Positions 23,517 through 35,184 of a DNA stretch of 64,000 bases are shown piece by piece (positions within the stretch are counted from its first letter, which is position 1; each line of letters starts with the position of its first letter). Source of the stretch: Squalus acanthias (taxonomy: Eukaryota). A model generated the notes under the pieces. That model was not told the DNA's origin and did no database searches. It was given only the letters and a program-made list of their open reading frames with translations. The stretch lies in assembly GCA_030390025.1 (NCBI GenBank), contig JASTWF010000367.1, positions 1 to 64,000 of the forward strand, written 5' to 3'. Both the position numbers and the translations under genes were made by a program.

Positions 23517-25560
23517 CAGACAGACAGACAGCAAAAGCTGGCGTGTATGCAGGGCTTGTCTGTGTTCGAGTTACCTGCCATGTGCTTTAGTACTGCATCT
23601 CATGCCTGAAAAAAGCAGAATGTATACACCATCAGAACATTCTGATTTTATTCCATTCTGCACTGCTGTGGGATCTTACTTTTTCTTTCTCTCAAGAATT
23701 TTGTAAAAAGCAAGGCTACATATATACATCAAGCCATTTGATATTTTTCTGGACTGGACCTTATAGGGGAATGTTTGTGAAGTGTTTCATGGCATTTCCT
23801 GTTGTGGGATCTTACTCTCCCCTTCAGCCCAACACAAACAAGACAAGACTTTTGTAAAAAAATGAGTATATGTTATTTTTTTTAATTATTTTCAGAATAA
23901 TCCATTTGAATTTTTTCTGGACTGGGCTTTATTGGGGAATGTGCGTGGGGTGTTTTCAGAGCAAAAGCTGCTGTGGGATCTTTCCATTCATTTTATTCCA
24001 CTCCATGCAAATCACAGACATGCAGCCATTTAGTTAACAAAAGTAAAGTATATATATATTATTTATTCCTCATTGTATTTACTTCTTTTCACTCTCTCAG
24101 GCTTTCATTTCCTCTCGGGGGCCCAGATTTCTCATCAAAAATTGACACTCCCAGGCTACACCACTTTCAAAGTGAATATGTGCGTGTGTGAGTGTCAGTT
24201 TCTGCAAATTGCAGAGTCTGTGTGAGTCTGTGTGTCATGTCACTGTAAATTTTAGTTCAATGTGGGTGGGAGGGAGAGTGTGTGAGTGAGAGAGAGACAC
24301 ACAGACAGTCAGTGAGAGGGAAAGACATGAAATCAAAAGGCCAGATGCAGAATAGAAAGCCTGTTGCTGTAGGCCGCAAAGTAAAAGGATAAGACACTGA
24401 AAAATATTTTGTGGCGCGTCAGATAGTAAAAGCTGCTCTGGCACATTTGCATTCTTTTTATTCCACTCCACTCAAATTGAGACCAGGCACGCAGTGAGAG
24501 ACATATGAAATCAAGACACTATGCAGAATAGAAATCAAAATAGAAAATGTTGGAAATACTCAGCAGGTCAGGCAGCAACTGTGGAGAGAGAGAGAGAAAC
24601 AGAGTTAATTCAGCTCGATGACCTTTCGTCAGATTCTGGCAATGTTCTGACGAAAGGTCATCAACCTGAAACATTAACTCTGTTTTTCTCTCTCTCAACA
24701 GTGGCTGCTTGAACTACTGAGCATTTCGAGCATTTTTTGTTTTTATTTCAGATTCCCCACTTCCACAATATTTTGCTTTTGATGTAGAATAGAGAGCCTT
24801 TTTCTGTAGGCCGCAAAATGGAAAGAGAAGATACTGAAACGTTTTTCAGCTGTTAAACTGCCAAACACAGCAGAGCAATGATGTAAATCAACTTTCTTTC
24901 ATTGCTGACAGTGTTGTGTAGCAATTTTGCAGGCTGGCCTGTGTGTGTGTGAGGGAGAGAGAGACAGACAGACAGACAGCAAAAGTTAGTGTGTATGCAG
25001 GGCTTGTCTGATTTCAAGTTACCTGACGTGTGAATTGGCACTGCATCTCATGGCTGGAAAAAACAGAAAGTATACACCATTAGATCCTACTGATTTCATT
25101 CCAGACCGCGCTGCTGTGGGATCTTACTTTGCCTTTCTTTCAAGACTTTTGTAAAAATTAAAGCTACATCTATACATCAAGCCATTTGATTTTTTTTCTG
25201 GACTGGACTTTATAGGGGTATGTTTGTGGGGTGTGTGAGAGCATATCCTGCTGTGGGATCTTACTCTCCCTTTCATTCCCAACCCAAACAATACAAGACA
25301 AGACTTTTGTAAAAGCAAAGTATATATATTATGTTTACTTTTTTACTACCTTCAGAATAATAAATCTGCTTGATTTTTTTTCTGGACTGGGCTTTTTTGG
25401 GGAATATTTGTGGAATGTTTTCAGAGCAAAAGCTGCTGTGGGATATTTCCATTCATTTTATTCCACTCCACTCAAATCACAGACAGACATGTTGTTTACC
25501 GAAGTAAAGTATATATGTTATTATTAGATTCTTGATTAAACTTTCTTCTTTTCACCCTCT
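19146..25560. repeat. Macrosatellite: ~3.6 diverged tandem units of 1.5-1.9 kb, each with a Penelope-derived palindrome and (GT)n/(GA)n tracts
   Basis: Unit starts TCTGACAGTAAAAGCTGCTGTGG at ~19146, ~21005, ~22949, ~24418; internal blocks are colinear. Confidence 0.93.
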
Positions 25561-25747
25561 CTCCGTGCCCATCTCCTGGGGCGCCAATCACCCCCTACAT
25601 GCCTGTTAACCACCTCCAATCCCCCAGGCCACGACCCCAGCCCCTTGTGGTCCTGAGCTTCACACTCACTCACTCACTCACACAGGAGCCGAGCTGGCGA
25701 GCTGCAGCCGCCATTCCTTCCTTGCTTCCTGCACCATTGGTAAAGAG

Positions 25748-25981
25748 CTATTATATTGCAAAGTGATATTCCATCGCAAAGTGATATTCCATTCGTAAAG
25801 GGCTATTATATTGCAAAGGACTATTATATTTCAAAATGCTACTCCATTGCAAAAAACTATTATATTGCAAAATGCTGTTCCATTAAACAGGACTATTCCA
25901 TTGCAAAGTGCTATTCCATTGCAAATTTCTATTCCATTGCAACATACTATTATATTGCAAAGTGCTATTCCATTAAAAGGA
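25748..25981. repeat. 18-bp tandem repeat (CTATTCCATTGCAAAGTG-like), ~13 copies
   Basis: Direct inspection; alternating TATTAT/TATTCC variants. Confidence 0.9.
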
Positions 25982-25989
25982 CAATTGTA

Positions 25990-28740
25990 CAATCATAGAA
26001 ATTTACTGCACAGAAGGCGGCCATTCGGCCCGTCGAGCCTGTTCCGGCTCTCTGCAAGAGCAATTCACCTCGTCCCAGTCTCCTACCCTTTCCTGTAGCC
26101 CTGATTTTTTTTTCCTTCACGTACTTACCCAATTCCCTTTTGAAAGCCACGATTGAATCTGCCTCCTCCACACTTTCAGGCACTGCATTCCAGATCTTAA
26201 CCACTCGCTGCCTAAAAAAGTTTTTCCTCATATCGCCTTTGCTTCTTCTGCCAATCACTTTAAAGCTGTGTCCTCTTGTTCTCGACCCTTCCGCCAATGG
26301 GAACAGTTTCCCTCTATCTACGCTGTCTTCACACCTCATGATTTGGAACTCCTCTATCAAATCTACTCTCAAACTTCTCTACTCTAAGGAGAACAACCCC
26401 AGCTTCTCCAGCCTATCCATATAACTGAAGTCCCTCATTCCTGGAACCATTCTTGTAAATCTTTTCTGCGCTCTCTCTAAGGCCTTCACATCCTTCCTAA
26501 AGTGCGGTGCCATGAATTGGACACAATACTGCAGTTGAGGCCAAACCAGTGTTTTATAAAGGTTCATCAAAACTTCCGCGCTGTTCTACTCTCTGCCTCT
26601 ATTTATTAAGACAAGGATCCCGTATGTTTTTTTAACTGCTTCCTCAAACTGCCCTGTCACCTTCAACGATTTGTGCACATCTACCCCCAGGTCTCTCTGT
26701 TCATGCACCCCCTTTAGAATTGTACCCTTTAGTTTATATTGTCTCTTCTCATTCTTCCTACCGAAATGTATCACTTCGCACGTTTCTGCATTAAATTTCA
26801 TCTGCCACGTGTTCGCCCATTTCCCCAGCCTGTCTATGTCCTCTTGAAGTCGATCACTATCCTCCTCACTGTTCACTATACTTTCAAGTTCTGTGTTACC
26901 TGCAAATTTTGAAATTAGGCCCTGTACACCCAAGTCCAAGTCATTAATATATATCAGGTAAAGCTGTGGGCCAGGTGCAGTTGCCTGGGGAACACCACTG
27001 CATACTTTCCTCAAGTCCGAAAAACAACCATTCACCACTACGCTCTGTGTATTCGTATCCATGCTGCCACTGTCCCTTTTATTCCATGGGATTCAACTTT
27101 TCTGGCAATCCTATTATGTGGCGCGTTATCAAACGCCTTTTGGAAGTCCATGTACACCACATCAACCGCATTGCCCTCATCAACCCTCTCTGTTACCTCA
27201 TCAAAAACCTCAATCAAATGTTGAAAGTATATACAGACCCTTAATTTTTCATGAAATGCTTTGCCAGGCAAAAAGCTTTTACAAAGTGAAATAAAGTTGG
27301 TAAATGTAACAAGCAATCTTTCACTGATAAGGCAGGAAACATGGTTGTTACTGCAAGGGTTAGTGATAGTCAACAGAGATAAACAAACCCTCTCAGATTG
27401 TAGACATGATGTCTCTGGTGATCTTTCTGAGGTGAGAAGTTAAACCTTTGAAGCTTTGAATTGCAGACACGATTTAACTCATGAACCGAACCAAGTGGTT
27501 CTCTGTCACCTTTGTAAGTAAACTTTAGGAGTGAATGAACAATTTTGGGCTGTGCTAAGGACAAACTGAATAATAGCCACACACGATCTGTGAGTGTAAA
27601 CGTTTGACAGCTCAAACATCTCAGACCAACATTAAAGGAAGATTTCACTATCTCTGAATGAATGATTTAATGCAAAATACAAGGAAAGCTGTATAAAACA
27701 CAGTCGCTAAAGAAAATCAGCACTGCAGTCAGAAGAAGGTGGCTTGGCCAGTCATCTTGTCTACGAGGATCAAGCTGCATTCAGAGGAAGGAGGGGCCTG
27801 GTCAGTCTTTTCGTGTACGAGGACCTACAATCAACGCTGGACGGATCATCAGTGGGTGGTTGTATGTATGATTTCCTGTAATATTATTGGCGAACTGCTC
27901 GAATAGTGGTTGTGGTTTTGAATCTGTCTTAGGAACAATAAAAGGTTAAAGACAGAACCCGTGTGTCTGGTGTAATTTCTCATAAGTCTAAAGTCCGAAC
28001 TCTATATCCTGTTGGACGGGGCGAGGGATAATTCCGCACGTCTTTCACAAGTTAGTTATATTCGATTTGCCTTTGACAAATCCGTGCTGGCTTCCCTTAA
28101 TTAATCCACACTTGTCCAAGTGACTGCTGCTTATGTCCCGGATTATCGTTTCTAAAAGCTTCCCCACTATCGGGGTTAAACTGGCTGGTCTGTAGTTGCT
28201 GGATTTATCCTTACAGCCTTTTTTTGAACCAGGGTGTAACATTTGCAATTCTCCTTTCCTCTGGCATCACACCGTATCTAAAGAGGATTGGAAGATTATG
28301 GCCAGTACCTCCGCAATTTCTACCATTACCTCCCTCAGTATCCTAGGATGCATCCCATCCAGTCCTGGTGATTGTCTACTTTAAGTACTGCCAGCCATTC
28401 TACTACCTCCTCTTTATCAATTTTTATCCCATCTAGTATCTCATCTACCTCCTCTTTCACTATGACTTTGGCAGCATTTCTTCCTTGGTAAAGACAGATG
28501 CAAAGTATTCATTTAGCATCTCAGCCAGGCCCTCTGCCTCCATGTGTAGGTCCCCATTTTGGTCCCAAATTGGCCTCACCTCTCCTCTTACTACCCTTTT
28601 ATTATTTATATGCCAATATAACACTTTTGGATTCCATTTTTTGTTAGCTGTCAGTCTATTCTCATACTCCCTTTGCCCCTCTTATTTGCTTTTTCACATC
28701 CCCTCTGAATTTTCTATATTCTCGTTATGCGCAGCACCTG
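25990..28740 (-). mobile_element. CR1 LINE (RT and 3' UTR), interrupted by an LTR at 27219-28047
   Basis: Minus-strand YMDFQKAFD, LIYINDLD..ISKFA, PQLQYCVQF, RVVKIWNAVP; CR1 sequence resumes in register after 28047. Confidence 0.93.
27219..28047 (+). mobile_element. Probable endogenous retrovirus / LTR-element solo LTR (~830 bp)
   Basis: Insertion into a CR1; ends TGTTGAAAG...GTCTTTCA; TATAAAA near 27692, AATAAA near 27937; imperfect 4-bp flanks CAAA/CAAG. Confidence 0.72.
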
Positions 28741-28759
28741 ATATTCCGTTCTATTGCTG

Positions 28760-29470
28760 TCAATGGAACTGATCATCAGGCACTTCGTATCCCCCTCCCT
28801 GGCCAGTGTCTCAGGTTGAACCGGACTGTTGTCCATCTCGCTGTCCTGTTTGACCCTGAGCTGAGCTCTGACCCTAGATCCTGTCCATCACAAAGACTGT
28901 GTCACATCGATCAGCTCCGCACCATCTGGCACAAAATCCTCATCCATATCTTTGTCTCCTCCAGACATGTCTAAGCCAATACTCTCCTGAACTGCCTCAC
29001 ATCTTCTACTCTCCATAAACATGAGCTCATCCAAAACACTGCTGCCTGTAACCTAACTCGCACTAAGTCCGAATCGCAGCTCAACCCTGCGCCCGCTGAT
29101 CTACGCTGGCTCCCGGTCCAGAAACGTCTCGATTTGACAATTCTCCATCATTGCCTCGCCTCTCCCTATCTCTGTAAACTCCCCCAACTCTACAAGTCAT
29201 ACAATGTGTAGTTACTGCCTTACAAGAGCAGAGATGGCGAGGTTTGCTTTTTAATATCTCCGAGAAATCTACGTTGCTCCTACTCGGCCTCTTGTGAATC
29301 GCCCACTTTTTTCAGCCCTCCATTTGTGGCCGTGCCTTCAGCTGTCCAGTCCAGTCCTGATACTCTGGCATTAAATCCCTAAAGATCTCCATCTCTCTCC
29401 TCCTTTAAGATGCTTCTTAAAACCTACCGGTTTGACCAAGGTTTGTTCATCTGTCCTAAATTGTGCCCTG
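28760..29470 (+). mobile_element. L2 LINE 3' fragment
   Basis: Homologous to 8830-9490. Confidence 0.75.
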
Positions 29471-29849
29471 GATTTTGCAGCCAGCAGTGAATTAACAGCG
29501 CTCGCTGTTCATTACACTTCCTCTTGCCCACAGATTTTCTCCGGGTTTTGCTCAGGAATTTTGGTGAATAGAAATCCAAAACAGCGCGGCGCCCTCTACA
29601 GGGGATCTGGGTCCCGGGTGAACAGGTCAAGCAACTGTGCATCTCCTCAACCAATCAGATTAGAGAATCCTTACTGAGAAACTCAGCGTCTGAACCAGGA
29701 ACTGTAAATTAGAATAGTTAATTCAGTGACAAATCATGCACAGAGAACGAAATGAAGAGAGAAAAGAAAGAGTGAGAGATACAAGAGACAAAAGGAAAAG
29801 TGAAAAAATAATTATTTATATATTTATTTTTAAATGTTCAACAATATTT

Positions 29850-30985
29850 TTTTTCATTCTTCGGATGTGGGCGTCGCTGGCAATGCTAGAATGTAATGCC
29901 TATTGCTAATGGCCCTTGAGAAGGTCGTGGTGACCCACCTTATTGAACCACTGCAGTCCGTTTGGTGAAAGCACTCCCATAGTGCTGTTAGGAAGGGAGT
30001 TCCAGGATTTTGTCCCAGCAACGATGAAGGAACGGTGATATATTTCAAAGTCAGGATCATATGTGACTTGGACGGAAACTTGGAGGTGATGGTGTTCCCA
30101 TACATCTGCTGCCCTTGTCCTTCTTGGTGGTAGAGTTTCTAGGTTTGGGAGTTGCTGTCGAAGAAGCCTCGTCAATTTGCTGCAGAGCACATTGCAAATG
30201 GTACACACTGCAGCCACGGTACACTGGTGAACGTTTAAGGTGCTGGATGGTGTGCCAATCAAGCGAGCTGATTTCTCTTGGATGGCATCGAGCTTCGTGA
30301 GTGTTGTTGGAGGGGAACCCATCCAGGCAAGTGAAGATTATCCCATCACACTCCTTACTTGTGCCTTGTAGATAGATGGTTGAAAGGCATTGAGGAATCA
30401 GGAGGTGAGACACACGCCGCAGAATAACCAGCCTCTGACCTGCTCTTGTAGCCACAGTAGCTATGTGGCTGATCCAGTTTAGTTTCCAATCAATGGCGAC
30501 CCCCCAGGATATTGATGGTGGGGGATTTGGTGATGGTAATCACGTTTAATTTCAAGGCGCGGTGGTTAGACACTCTATTGTTGGAGATAGTCAGTGCCTG
30601 GCACTTGTGTGGCGCGAATGATACTTGTCACTTATGTCGTCCAAGTATTTCTGCATGTGGACAAGGACTGCTTCATTATCTGAGGATTTGCGAGTGGAAC
30701 TGAACACTGTGCATTCATCAGTGATCATCCCCACTTGTGACCTTATGATGAAGGGAAGGTCATTGATGAAGCTGCTGAAGATGATTGGGCCTAAGACATT
30801 GCCCTGAGGACCTCTTGCAGCGATGTCCTGGGGCTGAAATGGTTGGCCTCCAACCGCCACAAACATTTTCCTTTGTGCTAGGTATGACTGCAGCAAGTGG
30901 AGACTTTTACCCTGATTCCCATTTAATTCAATTTTACTAGTGCTCCTTGATGCCCCACTCGAGCTTATGCTGTCTTGATGTCAAG
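29850..30985 (-). mobile_element. CR1-group LINE RT fragment (second family)
   Basis: GPQGNVLGPIIFSSFINDLP, RAGQRLVILRR, KLDAIQEKSARLI, KSWNSLPNS. Confidence 0.85.
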
Positions 30986-30999
30986 CGCAGTCACTCTCA

Positions 31000-32885
31000 C
31001 CTCACCTCACATCAGAAAAAATGCCCTTTGCGCGAGGGAATTCCAAATTTCTACCACCCGTTGCATGTCAAATGTTTTCCTAACTTCACTCCTGGCTCTA
31101 TTTTTTACGCGCTGTCCACTAGTCCTAGACTTTTCAAACATCGGAAATTGTTTCTTTCTATCTGCCTTATTAGTTTGCCTTAATATCTCGAAACCTAATA
31201 AATCCTTCCTAAGGTGCCCAGAACTGAACCCAGTCCACCAGCTGTGGTCTAACCAGGGCTTTGTATCGCTGGAGAATAAGTAGCACACGCCTATATTGTA
31301 GTCCTCTAGATATAAACCCCAGCTTTGCATTGGCCTTGTTGATCGTTTCCGTACCTGCCCATGATATTTTAATGACTTTTTTATTCATTGGACATCGCCA
31401 GCAAGGCCAGCATTTAGTGCTGTTCGTGAGTCGCATTGTTGAATACAACTGAGTGGCTTCCCAGGCCATGTCAGAGGGCAGTTAAGAGTTAACCACATTG
31501 CTGTGGGTCTGGAATCACATACAGACTAGAACGATAGATTTGCTTCTATTAGTGAACCAGATGCATTTTTGCGACAATGTGGTGGTTTTGTCATTACTGA
31601 TTTATTATTTAATTGACATTTATATTTATATTTAATGACAATTTATATATATATATATATATATTTAAATAATTAATAGTCTGCACACACTTGGAGGTCG
31701 ATCTCCAAACCCTCGTCAATACCTTCACCGAAGCTGTACGAGAGCATGGGCCTTACACTAAACATCCGTAAGACAAGATCCTCTACCCGCCTGCCCCGGC
31801 CACACAGTACTGCTCCACGATTATCAAAATCCATGACGAGGCCTTGGACAACGTGGAACACTTTGCATACCTCGGGAGCCTACTGTCAACAAGGGCAGAC
31901 GTCGATGACGATTTCCAACACCGCCTTCAGTGCGCCAGTGCAGCCTTCGGTCGCCTGAGGAAGAGAGTGTTTGAAGATCGGGACCTCAAACCCAGCACCA
32001 AGCTCATGGTCTACAGAGCAGTAGTGATAACCGCCCTCCTGTATGCTTCAGAGACATGGATCATTAACAGCAGACACCTCAAAGCTCTGGAGAGGTGCCA
32101 CCAACGCTGCCTCCACAAGATCCTGAAAATCCATTGGCAGGACAGGCGCACCAACGTCAGTGTTCTCGCTCAGGCCAACATCCCCAGCATCGAAGCTTCA
32201 ACCACCGTCTGCCCCACCTGCTACAGCGACTGTAGGTCCCGCATTGGACTCATCAGTCACCTGAGAACTCATTTTTACTGTGGAAGCAAGTCATCCTCGG
32301 TTCCGAGGGACGGCCTAAGAAGACGAATTTAATTGAATTTACGTTCCCGAGCTGCCGTGGGGGGGATTTGAACCCATCTCTCGGGATGACCTACTAGTCG
32401 AATAACATAACCACTATGCTACTGTACCCATATGTACACGGAACCCTAAGTCTTTTTGGAACTCCACTTTTTCTAGCCTTTCACCATGTAGAACGTATTC
32501 TGATGTCTCCTTTTTGTTCCGAAGTGGCTGACCTCACATTTGCCAAAGTTAAATCCAGTTGCCACAATTTTGCTCATTCTCAATCTATTAATATCTCTAT
32601 GTAATTTTTTGCTTCCATCTACACTGCTTACAATGCCGCCTATCTGTTTCTTCGTCCAACTTGGACATGTGGCTCTCAATTTAATCATCTAAGTCGTTAA
32701 TAAATAAGGTGAATAGGTGAGGCCCCAACACAGAACCCTCAGGACACCCCTAGTCATATTCTTCCAAATGAAGTACCTGCCCTTATCCGTATACTGTGTT
32801 TCCTGTCGCTCAAACCATTTCCTAACCATTGCCTTCACTTCCACGAGCTTCAACTTCACCTAACATTCCCTTATGAATGAATTTA
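31000..32885 (-). mobile_element. CR1 fragment containing a nested tRNA-head SINE (~31375-32430), which itself contains an RTE insertion
   Basis: RYKALVRPQL at 31209-31370 and RT region at 32440-32880; SINE box-B-like GGATTTGAACCC near 32364. Confidence 0.65.
31676..32327 (+). mobile_element. RTE-clade LINE 3' fragment with internal deletion and C-terminal C2H2 finger
   Basis: GLTLNIRKT, FAYLGSLLS, ASAAFGRLRKRVF, LLYASETW, IHWQDRRTNVSVL fused to CPTC...LISHLRTH. Confidence 0.9.
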
Positions 32886-32899
32886 TCGAATGCATTTCT

Positions 32900-34172
32900 C
32901 CTCAAGTTAATAGCTTCCCATCATTTAAAAAATACTCCGAGTTATCTTACTTGGTTCCAAAGTGAATGAACTTTTGTACAATTAACTCGATTTACCATAA
33001 TTTTGGCCACTCTCTTCACCTGTCTCTGTCGCTTACTACTACAGTGCCTCCGAACTTAGTGCGAACTTGGAGCTGCCGCACTCTGTTGCTCCGTCCAAGT
33101 TATTAATAAATGTGGTGAAAAGATGACGATCCAATACAGATATCTGGGGAACCGCACTTCTCACATCTGACACCGCTGCTAAAGAGCGTGTTGTTTGTGG
33201 GAAGGAGACTATTTCTGAAGTGAAGCCGGTGGGGGGGGCAGTCAGTCTGGGTGTGTGAGAGAAATGCGCTGTACAGGCGGGATTACTGGAGAAGGAAATG
33301 CAAAATGAAGAGGATGTATTGATGCAGGTCAGCCAGTGAAGGTCGTTGCGTGAACTTTAGCCAAACTGATTGATACAATTCCAAACTTTGCATGGAAACC
33401 TGATGTATTTCTTAAAACCTCCAGCTGTCCAAAAATCCACAGCCTCTTTGAGAACAGGGTTCCAGATTTCTAATACAAAAGCAAAATACTGTGGATGCTG
33501 GAAATCTGAAATAAAAACAGGAAATGCTGGAAATACTCAGCAGGTCAGGCAGTATCTGAATGCAGACACACAACCTCCTCCTCCATGTCCAGCCCCCTTG
33601 AGATAAAGGGCAGGATTACATTAGACTTCTGACTGATGTCTGTACATGTCTACTAGTGTTTAATGATTTGGGAACTGGGACTCACAAACCTCTTTTCTCC
33701 TCAATCATTTAGAAAATAAACCGATTATCTTACTTAGTTCCAAATTGGATAAGGTCACACTTGCACACCATGAATTCAAGTTGCCTTGTTTTGCCCACTC
33801 ACTTCATCTGTCTCTGTCCCTTTGGTTAAGTCCCGCTCCCATTTGCACCAGTGCCGTGCTTCCTAACTTACTGCGATCTTCAAACATGGATCTATAACAC
33901 TCTGTTGCTCCGTCAAAGCCATTAATAAACATGGTGAAAAGTTGAAGATCTAATACAGATATCTGGGGAACAGCACTTCTCACATCTGACGCCGATACTA
34001 AAGAGCTTGTCGTTTGTGGGAGGGAGAATATTCCTCAAGTGAAGCCTGTGTGAGGCAGTCAGTCTGGGTGAGTGAGAAAAAATGTGCTGTACAGAGTGGA
34101 TCAATGGAGAAGCAAATGGAAACTATAGAGGGTGTAATGATACACGTCAGCCAGTGAATGTCGCTTTGTGAG
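32900..34172. repeat. Diverged local duplication (~32900-33355 vs ~33690-34172)
   Basis: Shared blocks such as AATACAGATATCTGGGGAAC.GCACTTCTCACATCTGAC and GTCAGCCAGTGAA. Confidence 0.85.
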
Positions 34173-34185
34173 CCCGAGATCCAGA

Positions 34186-34259
34186 GCCTGGATTGCTCAG
34201 TCAGTAGAGCATCGGACTTTATAATCTGAAGTTCTAGGGTTCACGTCCCTGGGCAAGTG
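34186..34259 (+). pseudogene. tRNA-Lys(UUU) pseudogene
   Basis: GCCTGGATTGCTCAGTCAGTAGAGCATCGGACTTTATAATCTGAAGTTCTAGGGTTCACGTCCCTG closely follows vertebrate tRNA-Lys-TTT; extra base in the anticodon loop, broken acceptor stem. Confidence 0.85.
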
Positions 34260-34299
34260 TTCCTTTATATCACGATTCTAAGTTCCAGATTCGTGCAGT

Positions 34300-35165
34300 G
34301 ATAGAAAATAGGAACAGGAGTAGGTCATTTAGCCTCTCGAGCCTGTTTTGCCATTCATTGAGATCATGACTGAACTGTGACCGAGCTCAATATAACAGCC
34401 TTTGCCCCCAGAATTCCTTTAGTTAATAAAAGTTCATCAACTTCAGATTTTAAATTAACAATTGACCTAGCATCAACTGCCGTTTGTGGAAGAGAGTTCC
34501 AAATGTCTCCCACCCTTTGCATATAGAAGTGTTCCCCAAACGTAGACTCCCCAACCATCGGAAATGTTTCTCTCTATCTACCCTACCAGTTCACTTTAAA
34601 ATCTTGAAAACTTCATTGAAATCACCCCATAACCTTCCAAATTCCAGACATCCAGCCCTAGTTTGTGTAATCTCTCCTCGTAATATAACCCTTGGAGTCT
34701 ATGTATAATTCTGGTAAATCTACGCTGCACTCCCTCCAAGGCCAACATATCCTTCCTAAGGTGTGGTGCCCAGGACTGAACACAGTATTCCAGGTATGGT
34801 TTAACCAGGGCTTTGTATAGCTGTAGCAAAACTTCTACCTCTTTTAATCTAGTCAGCTAGATATAAATCCCAGCATTCCATTAGCCTTTTTGATTATTTT
34901 CTGTACCTGTCCATGATATTTTAATGATCTATGTACATGGACCCGTAAGTTTCTTTTGACCTTCACTGTTTCTATCTTTTCACCATTTAGAAAGTCCTCT
35001 GATCTTTCCTTTTTAGGTCCAAAGTCGATGATTTCACATTTGCCTACGTTAAAATCCATGTGCCACAGTTTTGTCCAGTCATTTAATCTATTAATATCTC
35101 TTTGAAATGTTATGTTTCCATCTACATTGCTTACAATGCCGCCTATATCGGCAAACTTGGACATC
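34300..35165 (-). mobile_element. CR1 LINE 3' fragment
   Basis: SKFAD, KANGMLGFI, LVKPYLEYCVQSWAP, RVGDIWNSLP. Confidence 0.9.
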
Positions 35166-35184
35166 TGGTTTGGATATGCGGCTT

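Noticed and set aside
31844..32332. Novel RT-zinc finger fusion gene
   Set aside because: Explained by an internal deletion in an RTE LINE whose ORF ends in a C2H2 finger
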